Below, one piece after another: positions 54,019 through 64,000 of a stretch of DNA of 64,000 bases (position 1 is the stretch's first letter; every line of letters begins with the position of its first letter). Source of the DNA: Octopus bimaculoides (Eukaryota). The DNA is taken from assembly GCF_001194135.2 (NCBI RefSeq), contig NC_069001.1:3784368-3848367 (forward strand), read 5' to 3'. Below the pieces are notes generated by a model, which worked only from the letters and a program-made list of their open reading frames with translations, searched no databases and was not told where the DNA came from. The position numbers and the translations under genes were made by a program.

Positions 54019-54933
54019 GCAATCATACATACATACATATATAGGGTACAGTAATTACCCTTTATATGTATATACATATAGATACATACACACAAACATA
54101 AATATACACGCATACAAACGTTTAAACACACATACACACACAGGTGTATGTATATACATATAACTTAGTGAATGCATGTCACACATGCACACATACACAC
54201 ACACATACGTACATTTGTACATGTATAAACATTCAAACTCAAACTCACACACATATAGAGGAGGAAGATGGACAGAAAGAGAGAGAGAGAGAGGGGGGGA
54301 TAAAGAGACGGAGAAAGAGAAGGAGTAAAGATAGAGATACAGAGAGGGGCATATATATAGAGAGAGAGAGAGAAAGAGAGAGGGGAGAGGGAAAGCAGAA
54401 ATAAATAGATAGAAAGAAAGAGCAGTAGAGATAGATAGACAGATAAAGAGAGAGAGAGAATGAAAGGGAGAGGCAGAGATAGAGATAACCTATTCAATTA
54501 CCAATAAACAACAGACACTCGTTAACATTCAATCATTACCTCCACACACACACACACACATTCTCAAATCCATCCCCCTGCCACCTACCCACCCAAAACA
54601 CAATCCTTATAGTCAAGATGCTACCTGTGACTTGACAAACTAAATTACCTGTCACTTTTGTCTTGTCCAACCCCAAATATCCTTCCAGACTTTTCCCTTG
54701 CTCATACACCACAGCCTACCCCCACTAACCCCCTCCCCCGCGCCATCCGTGTATTTAGTCATAGTTTGGTTGACAAGGAGTCAGGAGTACAAAGCTACTC
54801 ACTTCTCTCAGTTCACTTGATTGAGGTAAAGAAATCTTCTTTGAGNNNNNNNNNNNNNNNNNNNNNNNNNNNNNNNNNNNNNNNNNNNNNNNNNNNNNNN
54901 NNNNNNNNNNNNNNNNNNNNNNNNTCCTTAAAG

Positions 54934-55144
54934 CAGTCATTCCCAACCTTTTTATTTATGCCCCCGCACCCCTAAAATCTTTTAATATGTTCTTGCACCC
55001 CTTAAAGCAATAATTCATATAAGAATAAAGGGGCCCAGGGAAATTTCCCTCTTTGACCTCCAATAAATCCGGCCCTGCTCGCAGCCCCTGTAATGCTATC
55101 TCACACCCTCAAGGGGTGAGAGCACCCCTGGTTGGAAAACCCTG
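54934..55144. mobile_element. hAT (Charlie-type) MITE
   Basis: Imperfect TIRs CAGTCATTCCCAACC and GGTTGGAAAACCCTG; 8-bp target duplication CCTTAAAG (54926-54933) / CTTTAAAG (55145-55152). Confidence 0.75.
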
Positions 55145-55219
55145 CTTTAAAGGATCTGAATGTAGAAAAGAAAGAAAGAAAAAAGGAGGGTGAGGACACT
55201 CACTGTTATGCTGATATAT

Positions 55220-55500
55220 ATCATCATCATTCAATGTCCTTTGTCCATGCTGGCATGGGTTGGACAGTTTGACCAGGGCTGGCAAGCTGAGGAGCTGCAC
55301 CAGACTCCAGTCTGATTGGTCATGGTTTCTACGGCTGGATGCCCTTTTCATAATGCCAACCATTCTGAGAGTATAATGAGTGTGTTTACGTGCCACTGGC
55401 ACAGGTGCCAGCTGTGTGACATCGTTATCTGCCACACTGGCTTTCACTTGGGTCTTCTACTGAAGCACAGCATATTGCCGAAGGTCTTGGTCATTCATTT
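55220..55500 (-). mobile_element. Family C retroposon
   Basis: (ATC)n, CCATGCTGGCATGGGTTTGGACAG...TTTCTACGGCTGGATGCCC...ATGCCAACC. Confidence 0.72.
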
Positions 55501-55939
55501 GTCACAGCCTCCATGAGGCCCAATGCTCAAATGTATATACAGATATATACATACCCATGTACACATCCATACCTGTGTACACACAGCACACTCACTTGTA
55601 GAATATACATGTACATATATACACATGTATGTATGTATGAGATGGAGAAAGCGTGGGACAAATATAGAGAGAAAGGGAGAGAGAAAGTGAGAGAATGAAA
55701 CTGAGAGAGAGAGAGAGAGAGAGAAAAGAGGGAAAGAGAATCTGGGAGAGGATGAGGTGGAAAGAGTAAGGGTGATAAGATTAGAATTAGAAAGAAGGGT
55801 CAGTTTATGAAAGGGAGCAGGTATTTTTGTTTGCTGTTCATTTTCCTTGATCACAAGAGGCTTGTCAGCAATAGTATTCACACACATATTGGTACACACA
55901 TAAACACATATATGGATGCTAGAGGCACAGATATGCACC

Positions 55940-55982
<43 letters not shown>

Positions 55983-56895
55983 CTCACATTATACATGTGG
56001 ATAATGGAATCTGAAATAGCAGCTGTCATGTTCTCATTTGCATGTGCAAGCACAAAATAATTAATATAGAAAGTAAAATAAAAATGAAAACTGAAATCAT
56101 AAATTGTCAAAATTAAATTTGAAAAGAAAAAGGTTAAAGCATTTATATAATGATATTTAAGATAAAAAGCTATGCAGAAAACAGGTGGAGTTAGGATAAA
56201 GTTAAGAGGAAAGGAAGGAAGAAAAAACAAATCTTCATTCAGACCTAGAAGGGAAGATGTTTTGAGGTTGAATATGATGTTTATTTTCTTTGATGTTTCC
56301 TGCTGTGCTGCAGCAGACCCATTCAACTTATGCAAGCTGAGGAAGATGCAAACATGATGATCACATACACTCACATGCAAAGCAGAAGACACTTGCCTAA
56401 GGTGCTGCATGATGTGATCAAACCTAAAATTCTGTGGTTAAGCCAAAACCTTAACCACACACCTAGAGTTGCTGTTTGATTAATAGGAAAGGTAAAACAT
56501 TAAGTCTGCATCTAGAAGTTAGCTTAGAGTATTCGTTTGCAGTCAAGTTGAGGAAGTAGGAAGATGTTGATGGAGAAATAGAGAGTGAGTGAGTAACAGT
56601 TGGAGAAGTAAAATGAATGTGAGTGGCAAGACGAGGTGGTTACTGTCATGCTTGCCTGGAGTAGTAAATGGGGATAGGGGAGAGAGTGAGCAAGAGTTAA
56701 AATGAGAGGGGGTGGTGGAGTAAGTGGTGTAACAAGGAATAACAAGTGTCATTGACATTTGTTTATTTGTTGACAGGAGATACAGCTGTAGAATAATTTC
56801 GATGGTTTTTGGTTCAAACAGTACTTGAATTATCCTGCATTTTATGTGTACACACAGACACAGAAATACATACACATACATATATACATCTACAC

Positions 56896-56962
<67 letters not shown>

Positions 56963-57254
56963 TGAACACACATATACAGACATGCACATATATATACATA
57001 CATATACACACAAATATTTTAAAGTGAACATTATTTTGACAATTTTTTCCACTTTTGTAAATAAATCATGTAAAATAGTAAGCACGTGTGTGTGTGTGTG
57101 TGTGAATTTGTAGTAATTATTATAGAAACAAGAAACATTTGGTTACTTTTGATGACATGGGCACACTAGTATGGTAATGTCAGACCATGGAATAGAGCAG
57201 AGGTGCTTATGGTGGCTTCATGGTATAGTAAGTGTTGTATATAATTGGTAATAA

Positions 57255-57298
<44 letters not shown>

Positions 57299-57562
57299 GC
57301 TGTTGTTTTATAACTACTAACCACTCTTGAATCNNNNNNNNNNTTGGAGCAACTTCACAAAAGACAAATCTTTCATAAATCAATAAAAATCTGGAGCAAT
57401 CAATCCCTTGATTAAACAAAGAAAGTTGCTGATACTCTCCGTAGGTCATAACTCTTGAGAGAAGGGTGACCATTTCTTTTGGCGAGGGGGTAGGATGGGA
57501 TTCCAAACCTAGAATGCACAAAGCCAAAACAGACACAGCAAGCTTGCCAATCCAATGCTCCA

Positions 57563-57722
57563 TGAGGGAATGCTAAAAAAGTCCTGGCTTTGGGTAAAAG
57601 AAAATACAAGAGGATCAGTTAATTATGATTTTATTCAACATATTCCCCTCTCAGATCCACACCCTTATAGCAGCGGTCATTCAGTTTTTCTAAGCCCTGT
57701 AAAAGAACTTGGAAGGTTGGAC
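57563..57722 (-). mobile_element. Second copy of the mariner-derived MITE, inverted and truncated
   Basis: Reverse complement aligns to about 49735-49894 (CCAACCTTCCAAGTTCTTTTACAGGGCTTAGAAAAA...TAATTAACTGATCCTC.TGTATTTTCTTTTACCCAAA). Confidence 0.8.
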
Positions 57723-57992
57723 CTTTGTGTTTGATGGTATGTGTGTGATGGTGTGTGTACATGTGTGTATGATGGTGCCTATGTCTGATAATGTGTGTAT
57801 GATGGTGCATGTGTGTATGTGTGTAAGATGGTATGTGTGGTAGAGGATAATAGTGCATGTGTGGTGATTGTGTGAGTGGGGGTTTGATTGTGTGTGTGTA
57901 CATGTGTGACAATAATGAATATGTGTGTGTGTGTATGTATGAGATGATGAATGCGGTTGCAGTGTATGAGAGTGTGCGCGTGAGCATGTGTA

Positions 57993-58026
<34 letters not shown>

Positions 58027-58411
58027 TATGGTAGTGGTAGTGGTGGTGATTAATTAAAGCAATATCTGGAATGTTCTGGTTATTTCCTGTTAACCTTTAT
58101 ACAATTGTCTGCTTCAGTAATTACCCTCACTCACTCATACCCTCACTCACTCATTCACTTGCTCTCCACTTCAGGCATTAACTCTTATACATACACACAC
58201 CCATACATACCTGTATACACACCCACATACATACATATTACACACAGATGTAAGAACTGACATATGCTTATACTTAAACACACACATACACACAAATACA
58301 CAAGCACCTCCGTAAGTACATAACAACCACACTAACGAGCATACACACACACACATGTACACATCAACATACCATCATGCACACACATACATCAATATAT
58401 ACATGCCAACA

Positions 58412-58443
<32 letters not shown>

Positions 58444-58814
58444 NNNNNNNNNNNNNNNNNNNNNNNNNNNNNNNNNNNNNNNNNNNNNNNNNNNNNNNNN
58501 NNNNNNNNNNNNNNNNNNNNNNNNNNNNNNNNNNNNNNNNNNNNNNNNNNNNNNNNNNNNNNNNNNNNNNNNNNNNNNNNNNNNNNNNNNNNNNNNNNNN
58601 NNNNNNNNNNNNNNNNNNNNNNNNNNNNNNNNNNNNNNNNNNNNNNNNNNNNNNNNNNNNNNNNNNNNNNNNNNNNNNNNNNNNNNNNNNNNNNNNNNNN
58701 NNNNNNNNNNNNNNNNNNNNNNNNNNNNNNNNNNNNNNNNNNNNNNNNNNNNNNNNNNNNNNNNNNNNNNNNNNNNNNNNNNNNNNNNNNNNNCCAATTC
58801 ATTTAAAATGTTTT

Positions 58815-59035
58815 CTTTCTTTTTATCTTTCACTTGCTTCAGTCATTGGACTGCAGCCATGCTGGAGCAACTCTTTGAAGGGTTTTAAGTCAAACAAATC
58901 ATCTCCCCAGTACTTATTTTTCTACTGGTCTCTTTCACCAAGCTGCTAAGTTATAGGGACATAAACAAACAAGTTTCTTCTACTATAGCTTCAGGCTGCC
59001 CTAAGCCTTGAGTGGATCTGGTAGATGGAGGCCCA
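58815..59035 (-). mobile_element. SINE family B tail, joined to a short opposite-strand family B fragment
   Basis: CAGTCATTGGACTGCAGCCATGCTGGAGCA...CTGCTAAGTTATAGGGACATAAACAAAC, then TTCTACTATAGC...GAGTGGATCTGGTAGA. Confidence 0.55.
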
Positions 59036-59509
59036 TGCAAGAAAATAGTAAATTGGGGACCCACAATAGCAGTGTAAGGACCCCTGAAAAAATTTTGCCT
59101 GAGATGTGTGTATTGGTGATGTATTGCGAGAAACAACCAGGTTTCTTTCTCTCACATTTCACACAGTTCAACCTACACCACAAGTTAATGTAAGAAAAAC
59201 AAAATAGGAATTCTGAAAGAAGTTTCTATAAAACAAGTTTTTAAACATTGAATGGCTATGGGGGTCCACCCAGAATAAAAGAGTAATCAAAGGGGTCCAT
59301 AGATTAAAAAAAAATGGTTGAGAACTCTTGAGATTGAAAGATACTGCAAAAAGGAATATGAAGGGGAAAAGAATTGATCATAATAAATGGCAAACTTAAG
59401 TGAAAAATCGACCACAATGGAGAAAGCTTATGATGTCATGGTAAAGTCATGAATAGTCATAGTCTCGACAACTGACTGCAAATAATAATAATAATAATAA
59501 TAATCTGCA

Positions 59510-59546
<37 letters not shown>

Positions 59547-60224
59547 CAAATGGGAAGATTGATTTCCAATATAGAATGTGGGGCGATCTTCTGAGACATT
59601 TTTTTGCCATTAAATATGGTACTTAGCTAAAGTTATTTCACCTCTCTTATGTCATTATTGAATTTATTGGGATTTGTGTCACAGCTCTCATCATCGCATC
59701 TCTGACAGAGATTTTGCATGTCATGCCGACCCGGTAAGTGTAAAAGGAGAAACCAACTCCAGTGTGATCCACATGGATACAGTATTATGATGTAGTAAAA
59801 ATAGACACGGGTCGAGATATGTGGCTGTGGGTAAACAAGAGCTGGAATGAAAATGGAAAGAGAGGAATGGAAAGAGCAGGATTCTCAGGAATGTAGTGTA
59901 TGTGTGTGTGTGTGTGTGTGTGTGTTTGTGCATGCGTGTGAATGTGTATGTGTGTGTATATGTATGAGTTTTTGGTATGTGTGTGTGTGCTTACATGCAT
60001 GCATATACATGTGTTTGTCAAGTGCCCGTGTGTGTGCATGCGCTTGCATGTATGTATGTACATATGTTTGTGCATGTGTGTATATGCAAGTGTGTGTTTG
60101 TAAGTGCATGTGTTTATATGTGTGTGTACGTGTTTCAGTATGTAGTGGGTGACAAATGTGTTGGAATGGACCAGCAGTTTCCAAGTCATGGGTGTTGTAT
60201 AATTTTGAAAGCAATTTCAGAGGA

Positions 60225-60400
60225 AGGGGTAAGTTGATTACACTGACCCCAGTATTCAACTGGTACTTACTTTATTGACACCCCAAAAGGATGGAAAGCA
60301 AATTCAACCTTAGCAGAATTTGAACTCACAACCTAAACACAGACAAAATGGCACTAACCATTTTGCCTGGCATATTAACGATTCTGCCAGCTCACCACCT
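60225..60400 (-). mobile_element. SINE family A copy
   Basis: GACCCCAGTATTCAACTGGTACTTACTTTATTGAC...CAACCTTAGCAGAATTTGAACTC...TAACGATTCTGCCAGCTCACCACCT. Confidence 0.78.
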
Positions 60401-61427
60401 TACAGACAGCCATTAATAATAACATCTCTCTCTCTCTCTCCAATGACCACTAATATGGCTCTCTCTTATAAGGATGTTCTCCAGACCAAGAATCTCTCTC
60501 TCTCTCTCTTTCTTTCTCTCCTCAATGTCAGATTCACTGGAGACATCATCTCTTATGTCACTCACCAGGGGGCTTTCTGCTTCAGAGAGGTTCAGTGAAA
60601 GTAATGCAGTGCTTCACATCAGTAAAGTGTTTGGCTGCGTCCAACATGTAAACCTCGTACTGAAGCTTTCTACCTGGATGCTCCACCTATCTCTCATCTT
60701 TTGGTTCCATAGTCTTCCATCATTCTTACCAGACAACACTGTCATGGCATGTACTGGCAGAGCTCTTTCTGTTCCACACTTAATAAACTCTGATGTGGAC
60801 ATACACACACATATACACATGTATATATGATGCTTCCATCAACCAGATTCACTTGCAAAGTACTGGTTGGTCCACGGCTACAATAGAAGATAATAATTTT
60901 TTATTTCTATTATAAGCACAAGACCTGAAATCATATAGAGTAGGGGTCAGTCAATTACATCAACTGAATGTGAAACCATGTGGTTGGGAGGCAAACCACT
61001 TAACCATGCCTGTTGTTTTTCTTCACCTTTCCAACTCTGACCTCTCCTACCTATAACGTAACTTACCCCATTTCATCCAGACACCCATATCCTGGTTGTA
61101 ATGTGATATCCATTATTGTTGGAATTCACATTTTTCAGATGTAAGTCGATTTTGCCACCTTCATAGAAATTATCATTTCTGTATCATGTTCTTCCTTAAA
61201 ATTATAAATATTTTCCTAATCGGAATCTTCCATATTATTTTCACAACTATCTATCATTGCAGCTAGCATTTATTTCCGTTTCTAGCTAACAATTTTACTA
61301 ACCAGCAAGTTAGGAAGCCTTTGCTACACCTGATGCAAATAGCAGTTGCATTTTCATCAGTTCACATGTTACCAGCTTGCCAAAAGTAAGGACACCTTAG
61401 ATAACGTAGTCCTCTGTGTGTGTGTGT

Positions 61428-61860
61428 TTGTAGCACTAGTGATGGTACCATGTAAAAAGCACTGGTGCTGGTGTCACTCAGTAAAGTGATTGGTGTAAGG
61501 AAGGGCATCCATATGTAGAAACTAAACCCAAACAGACTATGGAACCTGGTGCAGCACTCCAGCCTTGGCAGCCCCTGTCAAACAGCCCAGCCCATACTAG
61601 CATGGAAAACGGGTGTTAAATGATATATAGCATCATCATCATCATCATCATTTTAATGTCCTCTGTTCCGTGCATGCTTGGGTTGGATGGAGCTTACTGA
61701 GGCAGATTTTTTTTTTCCAGCTGGAGGCCTTTCTTATCACCAACCCTCACCTGTTTCCAAGCAAGGTAATATTTCCCCCATGACCAAACAGGTTTTCACA
61801 GAATAACACAGCTTGTATGACAGTGACATTCATTTGCAATGACCATTTGATGACAGCGCA
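61428..61860. mobile_element. Tail-to-tail pair of family C-like retroposons
   Basis: Plus copy about 61428-61622 (GTAAGGAAGGGCATCC...GCATGGAAAACGGGTGTTAAATGAT), then (CAT)n and a minus-strand variant starting at about 61630. Confidence 0.6.
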
Positions 61861-63060
61861 AGGAGACACCATCACTATATTGGATGATATCACACCAACA
61901 GTCATGCTTCTACTCACTGATAACAATATCCAATTTATATTTTAACCTTAGAAAAGATTGCTTTTTTATTTTTTTTTCAAGAATGTAGTTAAAATATAGA
62001 TATTATAACTAGTTTAAATATTTTATTTCTAAGAAAAACCACAACCCTCTCTTCAGAACCACCACACTTCTACCTTTCTTAATTGTTATAGTAAAAGCTG
62101 TCCATCATGGGCTTGACCAATATTTAGAATTCTGTAAAACAATCTACAGTAATTACTTTACACATCACATGACTGCCCATCCTACCATACCATACCATAC
62201 CATTGATGACCAGTTCAGTGGGTGGGTGTGTAGGCTTGATGCGATTTCATTAAGTAATCTTGTTGTCAGTCAAGTAGTCGCATTAGTATGAATTTACTAT
62301 GAAATACCAAGGTTAAGAGTGAATGACTATTAGCTGATTAGTAGTAAAATACAGCCAGCCATTACTAAATGACAAAAAACAAACCTCTTGCCTCCTTCAT
62401 TTAACCTCCATTTCTCTCTTGCTTAATGTTTTGACTCTCCTCACCTCCCCAACCTGATTTGGAAAGATTGCAGCTCAGAAAAAAATTGCCTTTTATATAT
62501 ATATATATGTTTTTTTTTATAATTCTGTTTTAGATTTAACTGTTTTTTGCTTTCTTTTTGTTCTTTGTAAATGTTACATTTTATATTGTTTTACTTAATA
62601 CATAAAGTGCAACGGACCACAGTCGTGACTGTCAGGCACAGGTCAACAGGCCATGATCATGGCCCAGATAGATGTATCTAATTTATGGGCATTTGTGAGG
62701 GTCTAATGTCACTCAAATGTTCCGATACCCCTCAGAATGCAAGAGGACTAATAGTTCAACTAATGACTTTTCATATGATGTAAAACTTGCCACCATTATA
62801 TACTAAGAAGATATTTTAACTTTTTTGTTTTCCATGTGTGCATGGTAGTCTCATTTTCATAAAATTTGCTCAGCAGTCCATGCTATGTAAGTGCAAATCC
62901 CAGCGATTTATGGGTTAATCAGAATCCTTTTTTGAAAACATTATCCTCTTTTACATTGCTTTATAGGGTTTCATTGGTCAAACTGAGCTCAGTATTTATC
63001 TTTTAAACCTGTAGTTTTGCTACATAGACAGGTATAATAAATAGGTTGCTCGAAACAATT

Positions 63061-63150
63061 GGCGAACTTTCCTATCGCTAGCTTTCCTACAGCCAAAAAT
63101 CCTAAGACGAATTTTCCTGTGGTAAAAATGTTTGCGGCAAACTTTCCGGA
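63061..63150 (+). repeat. Six degenerate 15-bp tandem units
   Basis: GGCGAACTTTCCTAT, CGCTAGCTTTCCTAC, AGCCAAAAATCCTAA, GACGAATTTTCCTGT, GGTAAAAATGTTTGC, GGCAAACTTTCCGGA, in exact 15-nt register. Confidence 0.6.
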
Positions 63151-63189
63151 TATGACAGTTTCCATATCCCAAATTTACTCATATGGTTT

Positions 63190-63298
63190 TGGTTGGCCCA
63201 GGGCCGTGGTAGAAAAGACTTGTCCAAGGTGCTGCACAGTGGGAATAAACCCGAAACAACATGTCTGCAACACAAGCTTCTTAACCACACAGCTATGC
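63190..63298 (-). mobile_element. SINE family B head
   Basis: AGACTTGTCCAAGGTGCTGCACAGTGGGA...AAGCTTCTTAACCACACAGCTATG. Confidence 0.65.
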
Positions 63299-63554
63299 TG
63301 GTGTCTGATTCTTACAATCTGCTACTTTTGGTGATTGAACAACTAAGTAAAAACCTACTTGTAAACAGTTAGATGTACTTCACAGATCACAGAAACAAAA
63401 GGCAGTGGTGCTTACACAACAGTTAATGTTGCTGCTGTTGTTGTTATTGTTGTTGTGTTTTTGACTTTTAGACAAAATAGAAATAGACTTTTTTTTTCTC
63501 TTTAAGATTTACACATTTTTTTTTTCAAAATCTCTTCTATGAAACTAACACCTT

Positions 63555-63606
63555 TGCCATCACCACCACTACCACTGATTACTACTACAGCCACCACCAC
63601 CACTGA

Positions 63607-63648
<42 letters not shown>

Positions 63649-63855
63649 CACCACTACCACCACCACTCCTATACTACTACAACCATAACTACAGTCACTC
63701 CCACCACCACTACAATCACAACTGTTGCCGCCACCACCACTATCACTACTACTACTAACACCAACCACCATTACTACTACCACCGTCACCACCACCACCA
63801 CTACTACTATTACTACCACTACTACTACTACTACTGCTACTACTACTACCACTTC
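63555..63855. repeat. (CAC)n/(TAC)n low-complexity repeat
   Basis: Directly visible. Confidence 0.9.
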
Positions 63856-64000
63856 GACACACCGTCAATACAAGTACAACCATTTCAATACAAACAAGCC
63901 ACTATCACCACCTCAACATACCATCGTTGTTACAAATATGCCACCACAATCACCACCACTACAACCCACCCACCCATACATACAGAGACACACAAACATT

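Noticed and set aside
57207-57563. Signal-peptide-like ORF MEHWIGKLAVSVLALCILGLESHP...
   Set aside because: Its ATG is formed at the MITE edge (altered TA target plus first TIR base), it runs through an N gap into a (CAT)n repeat, and it has no convincing splice signals or homology. A tBLASTn hit would reopen it.
62649-62664. Perfect 16-bp palindrome GGCCATGATCATGGCC
   Set aside because: About one such palindrome is expected by chance in 64 kb (4^-8 per position).

Overview
AT-rich, microsatellite-laden eukaryotic scaffold with many N gaps. The repeat families and composition suggest an Octopus/coleoid cephalopod (inference, not verified by search). Three parts stand out. (1) Positions 121-25690 are one 25.6-kb, single-orientation, CpG-dense complex satellite bounded by (TA)n on both sides. 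It is built on a 4-nt lattice of CGAA/CGTA variants, organised into about ten recurring modules that are shuffled in a partly fixed order. All ORFs called there are artefacts. (2) The only confident gene is an inward-rectifier K+ channel (Kir/KCNJ family, 471 aa, minus strand, 50207-51622). Its whole ORF lies in one apparent internal exon (about 50199-51731): a consensus donor sits 8 nt after the stop, and the acceptor is followed directly by a poly-Met upstream ORF. Inverted mariner-derived MITEs flank this exon. (3) The rest is a mosaic of mobile elements: at least three tRNA-type SINE families, a (GAT)n-tailed retroposon, a decayed Penelope element, an R4/Dong-type LINE fragment, a deleted mariner, and hAT- and piggyBac-like MITEs. 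It also contains two long near-perfect inverted repeats (31528-31747 and 37853-38028). Repeat boundaries and copy counts were read by eye and are approximate unless exact positions are given.
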